Shown: positions 26,452-34,823 of the stretch, piece after piece
How positions within the stretch are numbered: position 1 is the stretch's first letter
Layout of the letters: each line of letters opens with the position of its first letter
Assembly (NCBI GenBank): GCA_019307135.1
Contig: JAFDKF010000002.1
Coordinates: 13,998 to 77,997 of the forward strand
DNA from: Deltaproteobacteria bacterium
GTDB taxonomy: Bacteria; Desulfobacterota; Desulfobacteria; Desulfobacterales; C00003060
Length of the DNA stretch: 64,000 nt
Direction of reading: 5' to 3'
Notes under the pieces: model-generated
Database searches by the model: none
Told to the model about the DNA's origin: nothing
Seen by the model: only the letters and a program-made list of their open reading frames with translations
Program-made: the position numbers and the translations under genes

Positions 26452-27690
26452 TTAATGGTCACACACGTTTTCTCCCGCGACCAGGGTATTGGTGAGGTAT
26501 TGCTGGACCAGTTCCTCAGGGGTAAGGCCGGGGGCCCCAGTGACGACCCTGATGCTGTTTTCTCCAAAAAGGCTCAGGGCCCGCTGGCCCATGCCCCCCG
26601 CGAGGATCACCTCAACTCCGAGTTCATGGAGCCATCGCGGGAGCACTCCCGGCTCGTGGGTGGGGGGGTTCAATAGTTCCTTTTTTCTTATTTCCTGGTT
26701 TTCCACGTGGACAATGGCAAATTCCGCAGCATGGCCGAAATGGGCTGTCAGCCGTCCTTCGGCCACTGGGATCGCAATTTTCATAACCGTTTTCTCCTTT
26801 TCATCTTTTTCTTCCCTTTGGACCGATTCAGTTCCAGGTGTTTTTGTCCGGTCCTGTTCCATGATTGTTGCGACAACCTGGTTGTAGGCCTGCGTGACTT
26901 CTGTGTCCGGATATTTCTCCAGGTAGGATTCCCCTGCGTCAGCGCACTCCACCATTTTTGGATCAAAGGGGATTCGACCCAGGAAGGGGACATTCATTGC
27001 CAGGGCTGTCTTAAACCCGCCTCCGGCGCCAAACAGGTCCATAGGCTTGCCGCAGTGGGGGCACACAAAACCGCTCATGTTTTCTATCAATCCAAAGGTT
27101 GGCATTTTGACGGTTCTGCAAAAATTGATCGATTTCCTGATGTCGGCCAAAGAGATCTCCTGAGGCGTGGTCACGATAATCGCCTTGGCACCAGGGATCG
27201 TTTGCGCCACAGAAAGCGGTTCATCTCCCGTTCCGGGGGGTGAATCGAGAATCAGGTAATCAAGTCGTCCCCAGTGCACATCCGAGATGAACTGGCGGAT
27301 GACATGCATCTTCAAGGGCCCCCGCCAAATGACGGCGTCGTCCGTATCCTGAGTCAACGATTCGATGGAGACTACTTTCAGATTTTCCGAATAAGGTTTG
27401 GGTATCATTCGATTATCTGCGCTGATGTCAAGAAGTCCCTTCAGTCCTAGCATTCTCGGAATGTCAGGGCCGTGAAGGTCCACATCCATCAGACCGACTT
27501 TAGCCCCCTTTTTTGAAAGGGCCACCGCCAGGTTGACAGCAACGCTTGTTTTACCCACCCCTCCTTTGCCGCTCATGACAAGGAACTTGTTTTTGATTAG
27601 CCCCAGGGATTCCTGGATTGCCTGGTCTTGTGCAGCCGTACCAGGGTCCTGTTGAGGACCACTAGATTTACGCTTTTCGGAATGACTCAT
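26452..27690 (-). CDS. Mrp/NBP35-family Fe-S cluster carrier ATPase fused to a C-terminal NifX/MTH1175-like domain
   Basis: VMSGKGGVGKTSVAVNLA, DSPPGTGDE, CPHCG. C-terminal ~110 aa MKIAIPVAEGRLTAHFGHAAEFAIV...ILAGGMGQRA. Confidence 0.8.
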   Translation of the reverse strand: MSHSEKRKSSGPQQDPGTAAQDQAIQESLGLIKNKFLVMSGKGGVGKTSVAVNLAVALSKKGAKVGLMDVDLHGPDIPRMLGLKGLLDISADNRMIPKPYSENLKVVSIESLTQDTDDAVIWRGPLKMHVIRQFISDVHWGRLDYLILDSPPGTGDEPLSVAQTIPGAKAIIVTTPQEISLADIRKSINFCRTVKMPTFGLIENMSGFVCPHCGKPMDLFGAGGGFKTALAMNVPFLGRIPFDPKMVECADAGESYLEKYPDTEVTQAYNQVVATIMEQDRTKTPGTESVQREEKDEKEKTVMKIAIPVAEGRLTAHFGHAAEFAIVHVENQEIRKKELLNPPTHEPGVLPRWLHELGVEVILAGGMGQRALSLFGENSIRVVTGAPGLTPEELVQQYLTNTLVAGENVCDH

Positions 27691-27869
27691 AAAAAAACCT
27701 CCTCTATTATTATGATTTAGGGATTTAGGGATTCAGAAATTTGAGAATTGAAATCAGTACAACACCTTCAATTCCTGAATTCCTGAATTCCTGAATTATC
27801 CGTTGATTAATTCTTAGGTTTCTTTCATAGCAGAATGATCGCGAACCCCAAAGAGATTATCGCAATAGT

Positions 27870-28232
27870 TCAAACCCAATGCCCCTCCACATTGGGCCCC
27901 TCTACTGCCTGCAACTGCCCGCTCTTATACTGAGTAACGGCGTCTATAACACGCCCTTTGGCGCCTGTCACGACCTTGATACCTGCAGCATTCAAAACCT
28001 GAAAGGCCTTCGGGCCACAGTTGCCAGAGATCAATACATCAGCCTTTTGATCCACGATGGTCTTTCCCGCCTGGATACCTGCCCCTTGTGGCAAATTAAG
28101 ATTCTGCTTGTTTTCTGCAACCTCGTACTCCAGTGTTGCCGGGTCTACGATAATGAAGTATTTGGCCCTTCCAAAGCGGGGGTCCATGTCTGAAATCAAT
28201 TCATCTCCGGTAGACGTAACAGCTATCTTCAT
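27870..28232 (-). CDS. NifX/NifB-C-terminal (MTH1175)-like cofactor-binding protein, orange-protein (ORP)-like
   Basis: 120 aa. MKIAVTSTGDELISDMDPRFGRAKYFIIVD...QGAGIQAGKTIVDQKADVLISGNCGPKAFQVLNAAGIKV. Confidence 0.65.
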   Translation of the reverse strand: MKIAVTSTGDELISDMDPRFGRAKYFIIVDPATLEYEVAENKQNLNLPQGAGIQAGKTIVDQKADVLISGNCGPKAFQVLNAAGIKVVTGAKGRVIDAVTQYKSGQLQAVEGPNVEGHWV

Positions 28233-28321
28233 TGTTGGCTATGCCTCCTTAGATAAAATCGCGGAGCGATTTTACTCATTCAGAAATTTGGAAACTGTTT
28301 ATCTTGAACTTTTCCCCCATA

Positions 28322-28405
28322 AAACCCCACTTTGGTAAAGGGGGACTTTTCCGCCGAAGGCGGATTCCCCCCTTTGGTAAAGGGGGGTTAGGGGGAATTA
28401 ATTGA
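28322..28405. repeat. Palindromic C/G-run element, family D
   Basis: CCCCACTTTGGTAAAGGGGG...CCCCCCTTTGGTAAAGGGGGGTTAGGGGGAATT. Related copy inside dsrN at 48221-48306. Confidence 0.5.
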
Positions 28406-28425
28406 GTTTCCAAATTTCCGTTTTA

Positions 28426-28674
28426 TTATTTCGTACAGCATTGCTTAGGGTTCTCACAGGGTGAGGATTGTCCGCAGCACGCACCCCCGTCTTGTGCCCA
28501 GCGGCCACCACCCGGATTGTTGGCTCCCTTCATGATGTAACCCACAGACGCGCTCATTACCTTTTCGACCGGCTTTCCACATTCCGGACAGTCGGCAACC
28601 GGTTTTTCTTGAAGGGACTGCAACCTATCGAAGGTGTGGCCACAGTCCAAGCATCGGTATTCATAGATAGGCAT
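28426..28674 (-). CDS. FmdB-family zinc-ribbon protein with Cys-rich tail
   Basis: MPIYEYRCLDCGHTFDRL...CPECG. Tail GGACCGQSSPCENPKQCCTK. Start moved to 28674. Confidence 0.7.
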   Translation of the reverse strand: MPIYEYRCLDCGHTFDRLQSLQEKPVADCPECGKPVEKVMSASVGYIMKGANNPGGGRWAQDGGACCGQSSPCENPKQCCTK

Positions 28675-28828
28675 AATGCAACCTCCTAATTGAACGTCTC
28701 GGAATTCCTGCAACCTATTGCAATTCCTACAACTTAGGTCGAGTGGTTAAGTGGTCGAGTAGTTGAGTGGTTAACAACTCGACTACTCAACGACTCGACT
28801 AATCGACTAATTTCGGAGCGAAGCGGAG

Positions 28829-29116
28829 CTAACCTGCCTGTTTCAATACTTCCATGAGCTCATCGGCCCTATTGTATCCCGAAACCTTGACTTCGACCTC
28901 CTTAACGCCTTGTGTCTGTTGAACGGCCTTTTTAATATCATAGGCCAGCTTGAACGCCATGGGACAGACCGGAGAAGAGGGGCGAAATGTCAAGCTGACC
29001 CCCCCATCCCGGCTGATCGAAAGATCCCTGACCAGTTTCATACGCATGATGTCAAGATTGGTGCCAGGGTCGATGACTCCCCTCAAGGCATCTTCTATTT
29101 TTTGTTTGAGTGTCAT
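28829..29116 (-). CDS. DUF59 (SufT/MIP18-like) Fe-S assembly domain protein
   Basis: IEDALRGVIDPGTNLDIMRMKLVRDL...TFRPSSPVCPMA. The ATG at 29116 was chosen because the track GTG start lies inside MITE A. Confidence 0.7.
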   Translation of the reverse strand: MTLKQKIEDALRGVIDPGTNLDIMRMKLVRDLSISRDGGVSLTFRPSSPVCPMAFKLAYDIKKAVQQTQGVKEVEVKVSGYNRADELMEVLKQAG

Positions 29117-29126
29117 TGGAAATCCT

Positions 29127-29343
29127 GGCACCCTTCATTTTCGCCATAAAGTAGTTTACACTTCTTTTCATCACTCCAGGTTTGGGGTTTCAGGTTTCAG
29201 TGTTCAGGTGTCAGGTGTCAGTGTTTCTTGCACCTGACACCTGACACCAAAAAGTACACCTGACACCAAAAAGTACGAACAAAACAATTTATCTCTTGGC
29301 GCCCGCATTCTTGAAAAGTGTAAACCGAGGAATGAAGGATGCC
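29127..29343. mobile_element. MITE-like element family A, copy 2 (~217 bp)
   Basis: Same termini as 1804-2199 (GGCACCCTTCATTTTCGCCATAAAGTAGTTTACAC ... GTGTAAACCGAGGAATGAAGGATGCC), with a shorter interior of GGTKTCAG / CTGACACC units. Confidence 0.65.
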
Positions 29344-29367
29344 GAATCAAGTATCCAGAATCAAGTA

Positions 29368-30321
29368 TCAGATCTTCTTGTTCCGCTTGTCTGGCCCGCG
29401 TTGATAATAGACAAGAGAGTCCTTCTTTACCATCTCAATCGTATGGTTCTTAACCAACGCCCCAATGTATTTCAAGATTTCATTCTTATGTACACTCAGC
29501 CCGGAGGAAATGTCATCCAGCGTACACGGACGCCTTGCAAGGAGGTCCAAAAGGTCCTCCTCAACGTCGGCCCTTCTCTCATGCTTTTCCAGATCCTTAT
29601 ACGGCGCAATCACTTCGGCCTTTTCACCCAGGATTTTGCAAAACCTGGACATCTTTTCCGGGGAGACTTGCCGTGCGTACGTCTCTGCTGAAGGACGAAC
29701 CGCTGTATTGATGTGAATCTTTTGAGGATTCACCCTTTCAATCCAGTGTTTGAACTGTATCGCGTCGGCTTCAGTGGCATTGATACCGTCCAGGATAAAG
29801 ACCTCAAGCCATATCTCACCCGGATATTTCTTTCGGAAATCAATCAGGCCCTCCACCATGGTTTCAAACTTGATCTCAGGATGTGGGCGATTGATGGTTT
29901 CAAATCCCTCTTGATCGTGGGCGTCAAGAGAGGGCAACACCACGTCAGCTTCCATTATCGATTCACGGACCTCACTGTCCCCCAAGAGGGAACCATTGGT
30001 CAACACAGCCACTGGAATCTCCGTGTGTTTCTTGATATCGTGAATCAATGCTCCTGTTTGACTGTTCAAGGTCGGTTCTCCTGAACCTGCCACTGTGATG
30101 TAGTCCGCTCTGGCCCCCTCTTTCAGCTTTTGACATAACTGCTCCAGGATTCTCTCCACCGCTATGTACGGCTTTCGCTCGATTGTTTTTTCTTTGGTTC
30201 GCCCGAGCTGGCAGTAAATACAGTCGTATGAACAGACCTTGTATGGCACCAGATCGACGCCCAGGGATCGGCCTAACCTTCGTGAAGGAACCGGGCCGTA
30301 AACAAAATGCTTCATCATCAT
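29368..30321 (-). CDS. Radical SAM protein with C-terminal winged-helix-like domain
   Basis: YGPVPSRRLGRSLGVDLVPYKVCSYDCIYCQLG (CxxxCxxC), GSGEPTL. Confidence 0.8.
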   Translation of the reverse strand: MMMKHFVYGPVPSRRLGRSLGVDLVPYKVCSYDCIYCQLGRTKEKTIERKPYIAVERILEQLCQKLKEGARADYITVAGSGEPTLNSQTGALIHDIKKHTEIPVAVLTNGSLLGDSEVRESIMEADVVLPSLDAHDQEGFETINRPHPEIKFETMVEGLIDFRKKYPGEIWLEVFILDGINATEADAIQFKHWIERVNPQKIHINTAVRPSAETYARQVSPEKMSRFCKILGEKAEVIAPYKDLEKHERRADVEEDLLDLLARRPCTLDDISSGLSVHKNEILKYIGALVKNHTIEMVKKDSLVYYQRGPDKRNKKI

Positions 30322-30325
30322 TACC

Positions 30326-31189
30326 TTAATCTTTTAGAAAGCCCTCAACCTTACGCCATATCTCTTTGATAGCATCAGATACCTTGCCGTCTGAAAATTC
30401 GACAATACTCTTGCCTGCCACCATGGCATAGGTGACTGCTGTATCATAAGGGATACGACCCACCAACTCAATGTGGTTTCTTGCACAGTAGTCTGCGATC
30501 CGATCCGATATCTCCTCGTTCAGGTCGAATTTGTTGACACAGGCAAGCGTCGGTATCTTAAAATGAGCAGCCAGTCCTCCAACGCGCTCAAGGTCGTGCA
30601 AACCTGACAAGGTCGGTTCGGTCACGATCAGGACGGCACTGGTGCCGGTTATGGAGGCGATGACCGGACATCCTATCCCGGGGGGACCGTCCACAACAAT
30701 GGTATCAAGCCCTCGGTCTTCCGCCAATACCCTGGCCTGGTTTCTCACCAGACTTACCAGCAGGCCGGAGTTTTCCTCTGCGATGCCCAGCCTGGCATGG
30801 ACCATGGGCCCGAACCGCGTGTCCGAGATATACCACTTGCCGCATATATTCTGCGGAAAGTCGATGGCCTCAACCGGGCAAAAATGGACGCACACGCCAC
30901 AACCTTCACAGTCGATTCTGTTCACTACAAAGTCCGGACTTATGGCATTGAACTGACAGCGCTCCAGGCATTCCCCGCATTCAGTGCAGGTTTCCAGGTC
31001 TATCTGGGCGGTTCGGCCCCCCTTGAAATCTTCTTCGTGCTTTATTTCAGGGGCGAGTATCAGGTGGAGGTCGGCCGCATCCACATCAGCATCAGCCAGG
31101 ACTATATTTTCGGCAAGGGCCGCAAAAGAAGCGACCACGCTCGTCTTTCCCGTGCCGCCTTTGCCACTTATGATTGTTAGCTCTTTCAT
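30326..31189 (-). CDS. MinD/ParA-superfamily P-loop ATPase with inserted 2x[4Fe-4S] ferredoxin domain (copy 2)
   Basis: ISGKGGTGKTSV deviant Walker A. CTECGECLERCQFNAI and CEGCGVCVHFCPVEAI. Confidence 0.8.
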   Translation of the reverse strand: MKELTIISGKGGTGKTSVVASFAALAENIVLADADVDAADLHLILAPEIKHEEDFKGGRTAQIDLETCTECGECLERCQFNAISPDFVVNRIDCEGCGVCVHFCPVEAIDFPQNICGKWYISDTRFGPMVHARLGIAEENSGLLVSLVRNQARVLAEDRGLDTIVVDGPPGIGCPVIASITGTSAVLIVTEPTLSGLHDLERVGGLAAHFKIPTLACVNKFDLNEEISDRIADYCARNHIELVGRIPYDTAVTYAMVAGKSIVEFSDGKVSDAIKEIWRKVEGFLKD

Positions 31190-31204
31190 GAAAACAACTT
31201 ATAC

Positions 31205-31607
31205 CTTACTCATCGTTCGCTTAATAAATTCGTACTTACATTAATTCTTGTTTCAGGTTTCAGGTTTCAGGGCACATGTAGGTTTCAGGTGTCAGTGTTC
31301 AGGTGTCAGGAAAGTAAAACGGCAGTGCTGAAACCTGATTGTCCCTGACACCTTTATATGTCCTGACACCTCAATCCTCGGGTATGGGCCGGCCTTGAGG
31401 GAGGGGTTCCTCGTTGTCACTGCGTTCTCCCCTGAAACCTGAAACCTGAAACCTGAAACCTGAAACCTGAAACCTGAAACCTGAAACCTGAAACCTGAAA
31501 CCTGAAACCTGAAACCTGAAACCTGAAACCTGAAACCTGACTTATATATATCTTTTTAAAGATTCTCAAAATTGACAAAAGTCTATCCCTATTAAGCGAA
31601 TGATAAG
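31205..31607. mobile_element. Repeat-rich intergenic insert with inverted termini (family E, tentative MITE)
   Basis: Imperfect inverted ends sharing an 11-bp perfect core TTCGCTTAATA (31216-31226) with its complement at 31590-31600. The interior is GGTTTCAG/GGTGTCAG units opposed by a CCTGAAA array. No ORF. Confidence 0.4.
31431..31538. repeat. Heptanucleotide tandem array (CCTGAAA)n, about 15 units
   Basis: Read directly. Perfect 7-bp periodicity. Confidence 0.9.
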
Positions 31608-31610
31608 TTG

Positions 31611-32444
31611 TTACAACAATTCTCTTATCTTATCATACATGACCCGGAATTTATCTTTCATCTCAGGCATGACGTCTACCATCATAATACCGCGGGAATA
31701 TGCCTCGGCAATCTTACGGTCATCCGGAATTTCCATGAGGATTGGAATCTTTTCATCTCTGGCATATATGGCAACTCGATCGTCTCCTACGTCACAACGG
31801 TTTATAATGATGCCAAGGGGAATCTCCAGAATACGGACAGCCGCAACTGCAAGCTTCAGGTCGTTTAACCCGAAGGGGGTAGGCTCGGTGACCAGGATCG
31901 CAAAGTCCGAACCTTTCAGGGCTACAATGACCGGGCAGGATGTCCCGGGAGGGGCATCGATGATGCTAGTCTTTTTCGGATCGATGTGCTCCTTAACCCG
32001 GTTGATAAGGGGCGGAGACATAGCCTCGCCAATCCGCAAACGGCCATGAATAAACTCCACCGAGCCGGACGACCCTGCTTCCAATACGCCAAGCGCCCGG
32101 CCTTTCTCGCTTATAGCCTCCCTCGGGCAGACCATCATGCACCCCTTGCAACTGTGGCAGAGTTCCGGGAAGGTCAGGACGTTCTCCCCAATGACGGTAA
32201 TGGCACTGAACTGGCAGATCTCGCCACACTTTCCGCAGAAATCGCACTTGTCGAGATCGACTTCCGGGACGGGTGTCGTCACCCTCTCGGTGTAGTTGAT
32301 TTCAGGTTTCATAAAAAGGTGGGCATTGGGTTCTTCCACATCGCAATCCAACAACTGCACGCTCCCATTTAATGAAACGGCCATGTTGGTCGCAATCGTA
32401 GTTTTGCCCGTGCCCCCTTTTCCGCTCGCAATACAAATAATCAT
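31611..32444 (-). CDS. MinD/ParA-superfamily P-loop ATPase with inserted 2x[4Fe-4S] ferredoxin domain (copy 1)
   Basis: IASGKGGTGKTTIA. CDFCGKCGEICQFSAI and CHSCKGCMMVCPREAI. Confidence 0.8.
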   Translation of the reverse strand: MIICIASGKGGTGKTTIATNMAVSLNGSVQLLDCDVEEPNAHLFMKPEINYTERVTTPVPEVDLDKCDFCGKCGEICQFSAITVIGENVLTFPELCHSCKGCMMVCPREAISEKGRALGVLEAGSSGSVEFIHGRLRIGEAMSPPLINRVKEHIDPKKTSIIDAPPGTSCPVIVALKGSDFAILVTEPTPFGLNDLKLAVAAVRILEIPLGIIINRCDVGDDRVAIYARDEKIPILMEIPDDRKIAEAYSRGIMMVDVMPEMKDKFRVMYDKIRELL

Positions 32445-32595
32445 AATAACCTATCACCGGGATTTCTCGCCCGCTCCCTTCGGTCGCTGGAGCCCACAGA
32501 GATCGCTGAGATGACAATTTCTCAGCTTACAAACTCTGTGAGCCTCTGTGCGCTCTGTGAGAGACAAAAGTATCCTGTGACCACTTACATGGAAC

Positions 32596-32817
32596 TTATT
32601 CCCGTGTCATTGCGGTCCCGCACTTGGGGCATTTTTCCTCAAAGCACGGCTTTCCCAACTGGTGGGGCACCTTTTCACCGCAGCTCGGACAAACGCAGTT
32701 TCCACCAGGGCCGAGGGCACGGCCACCACCTCGACCGCGGCCACCGCCGCCCCCTCCCATGCCTCTACCTGTTCCCGGGCCTTGGCCCCTGGGGCCTGTT
32801 CTGTCTCCTTGTGGCAT
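32596..32817 (-). CDS. DUF5320-type Gly/Arg-rich protein with C-terminal zinc ribbon
   Basis: MPQGDRTGPRGQGPGTGRGMGGGGGGRGRGGG, then CVCPSCG...CPKCG. Confidence 0.65.
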   Translation of the reverse strand: MPQGDRTGPRGQGPGTGRGMGGGGGGRGRGGGRALGPGGNCVCPSCGEKVPHQLGKPCFEEKCPKCGTAMTRE

Positions 32818-32863
32818 TGTCGCCTCCCTAAATAAAATTGTAATAGTTCACCGCAAAGCGATT

Positions 32864-33514
32864 TTATTTTTCAAGCTCTTTGATCCGCCTCTGGATTTCC
32901 TCCATCTGCTCGCGTAACGTCCGGGCGTCTTCCTTGAGATGGGCAAGCTCGTCTTCCCTTGTGACCTGAGCTTGAGATGGCATGGGCGGTGTGCCATACA
33001 GACCACCTCCCATACCTCGGCCCATGCCACGACCCATGCCGCGACCACAACCACCTCCCATGCCGCGACCGCCTCCCATACCGCGACCCATGCCAAAGCC
33101 GGTACCAGGTGCTTGCTGGAGCCAGGGGCCCTGGCGTTGTTTGGTAATGGCCTGCAAGCCCGAATGGTTCTGAGCGTTGGGTTCTTCGCTTGGTTTTAAT
33201 CGTCCGTTTTTGTATCGCTGGACCGCCTGACGCACCGTCCCGGATAGACCAGTCATGACGTCAAGCCCTGCGGCCGAAAGCACCTGGTGGGCATTAGGGC
33301 CAACGTTTCCTGTGAGAACTGCCTTTGCTCCCTTGTCAGCAACCACCTTGGCCGATTGGATCCCCACACCACTTCCTTGAGCGAGGTTTGTATTGGGCAC
33401 TGCCTCGAAAGTCATGTCGTCTAAATCCACAACCATAAAATATTGACATCTCCCGAATCGGGGATCGACCTCTGACTCCAGGTCAGGTCCCGTTGATGAA
33501 ATAGCTATCTTCAT
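32864..33514 (-). CDS. NifX/MTH1175-like domain fused to a Gly/Met/Arg-rich low-complexity segment and coiled-coil tail (DUF5320-like C-terminus)
   Basis: MKIAISSTGPDLESEVDPRFGRCQYFMVVD...TGNVGPNAHQVL, then GFGMGRGMGGGRGMGGGCGRGMGRGMGRGMGGG, then EDELAHLKEDARTLREQMEEIQRRIKELEK. Confidence 0.7.
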   Translation of the reverse strand: MKIAISSTGPDLESEVDPRFGRCQYFMVVDLDDMTFEAVPNTNLAQGSGVGIQSAKVVADKGAKAVLTGNVGPNAHQVLSAAGLDVMTGLSGTVRQAVQRYKNGRLKPSEEPNAQNHSGLQAITKQRQGPWLQQAPGTGFGMGRGMGGGRGMGGGCGRGMGRGMGRGMGGGLYGTPPMPSQAQVTREDELAHLKEDARTLREQMEEIQRRIKELEK

Positions 33515-33651
33515 AAATAAATCTCTCCTTTGAACCCTTCTAACTAGACGTCCTACACGTCGCGGAATGTCTACAACTTATGGAAATCCCCACGACTGTA
33601 GGGTCGGCTTTATGCCGACCGCCACAGGGCGGGGTAAACCCGCCCCTACCT

Positions 33652-34071
33652 CTAACTGATCTCTTCCACATTCTTGCCAGCATTTGGCCCGGGACTGGTC
33701 ACGAAGATATCCGTAATCTTTACGACAATGGCCGACTTGGCTGTGAGATCAGGTTTTTCTGCCTTGACCCACTCAACGGCCATATCGTAGATCTTGCCAG
33801 ATGTTTCAATCCTGGGTGTCCCTTTGAACTGATACCCCTTGCGGGGTTTCACATCCCAATCCCATGCAGAGATGGCCATGACCGGGTTTTCCTTAACGTT
33901 TTCGAGGGTCTTACTCATAAAGATATCGGCCATCATGATCTCATCGTCCGAAATGGCCTTAACGTGATGAATCGGGACCACGTTGGGAACGCCCTCCTTG
34001 GTACAGGTAGCTACGGCATAACCTCTGGTTTTTTCCATGACATCCTTCATGTCCTGCGTTAATTTTGCCAT
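33652..34071 (-). CDS. Pyridoxamine 5'-phosphate oxidase-like FMN-binding split-barrel protein
   Basis: 139 aa. GYAVATCTKEGVPNVVPIHHVK...MMADIFMSKTLENVKENP. Confidence 0.65.
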   Translation of the reverse strand: MAKLTQDMKDVMEKTRGYAVATCTKEGVPNVVPIHHVKAISDDEIMMADIFMSKTLENVKENPVMAISAWDWDVKPRKGYQFKGTPRIETSGKIYDMAVEWVKAEKPDLTAKSAIVVKITDIFVTSPGPNAGKNVEEIS

Positions 34072-34364
34072 TTGTTGCCCCCTTTCTTTTTTTGTAATAG
34101 TTCCCCCTGTCTTGTCATTTCGAGCGAAGCGCCCGCCCTGGCGCGACAGCCCGCCCTGGCGCGACAGAAGCCGGAGAATGCCCCGCAGAAAAAAAACCGG
34201 TCTGGGCCAGGGAAGTTGGACAATGTCCAGGGGAGAAAAACCCGGCCCGCCCTGGCGCGACAGAAGCTGGACAATGCCACGGAGAGAAAAACCCGGTCTG
34301 GGCCAGGGTCTGGGCCAGGGAGAAATCTGTGTTATGCGCCCTGCTGGAAGCCCAAGATTTCTCC

Positions 34365-34790
34365 CTACCCCTTTTCTGCTATTCTGTGAAACTCCCGACC
34401 TTCACATGAAGGACATTTCTTGGGTCGCCCGGTGCCAGGATGCTCTTCCCAGCGGCCCTGGCAGTGGTCGCACAAAAAGAGACGGATGGCCCTCGGGTTG
34501 ACCCTTTTGTAATTTCCCCCGTCCACAGAAATAGCCTTGCCGTGGATTAGCGCGTCTGCCACGGTCTTCCTCGCCTGTTCAATAATGCGCCCAAAGGTCG
34601 CCCTGGACACGTCCATCTGCTTGCCTGCTTCTTCGTGGGACAGCCCCAAGAAATCAGCAAGCCTTAATGCTTCAAGCTCATCTAGGGTGAGTTGGACCTG
34701 TTCTAGATCCATCATGGGGACTCCCCTGGGCTTAAAGTAGCTTGTCTTCGGGTCGATTTCCACAAGGCGACTTTTTTGGGGGCGTACCAT
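34365..34790 (-). CDS. DUF134 (UPF0251) family putative DNA-binding regulator with C-terminal zinc-ribbon tail
   Basis: MVRPQKSRLVEIDPKTSYFKPRGVP...LTLDELEALRLADFLGLSHEEAGKQMDVSRATFGRIIEQARKTVADAL. Tail CDHC...CPSC. Confidence 0.75.
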   Translation of the reverse strand: MVRPQKSRLVEIDPKTSYFKPRGVPMMDLEQVQLTLDELEALRLADFLGLSHEEAGKQMDVSRATFGRIIEQARKTVADALIHGKAISVDGGNYKRVNPRAIRLFLCDHCQGRWEEHPGTGRPKKCPSCEGREFHRIAEKG

Positions 34791-34800
34791 GGTGCCTCCG

Positions 34801-34820
34801 TTATAAGCATATGCTTATAA
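34801..34820. promoter_or_regulatory. Perfect 20-bp palindrome (candidate operator) in the DUF134 leader
   Basis: TTATAAGCATATGCTTATAA, located between the predicted -10 box and the ribosome-binding site of ORF 34365-34790. Confidence 0.45.
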
Positions 34821-34823
34821 TGT

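Noticed and set aside
29125-29145. TGGCAC-containing sigma54-like sequence at the MITE A terminus
   Set aside because: The GG/GC spacing does not fit the -24/-12 geometry, and it points away from any gene. It is simply the element's inverted terminus.
32624-33199. Pro-rich plus-strand ORFs (32624-32917, 32939-33199, 32982-33173)
   Set aside because: They are the reverse complement of the Gly-rich coding tracts of the DUF5320-type genes (GGN codons read as NCC, Pro).
34037-34501. ORFs 34037-34501, 34072-34389 and 34059-34280
   Set aside because: They are composed of tandem repeat boxes (CGCCCGCCCTGGCGCGACAG, GGTCTGGGCCAGGG) in the spacer between the DUF134 and PNPOx-like genes. The translations are repetitive, with no start context.
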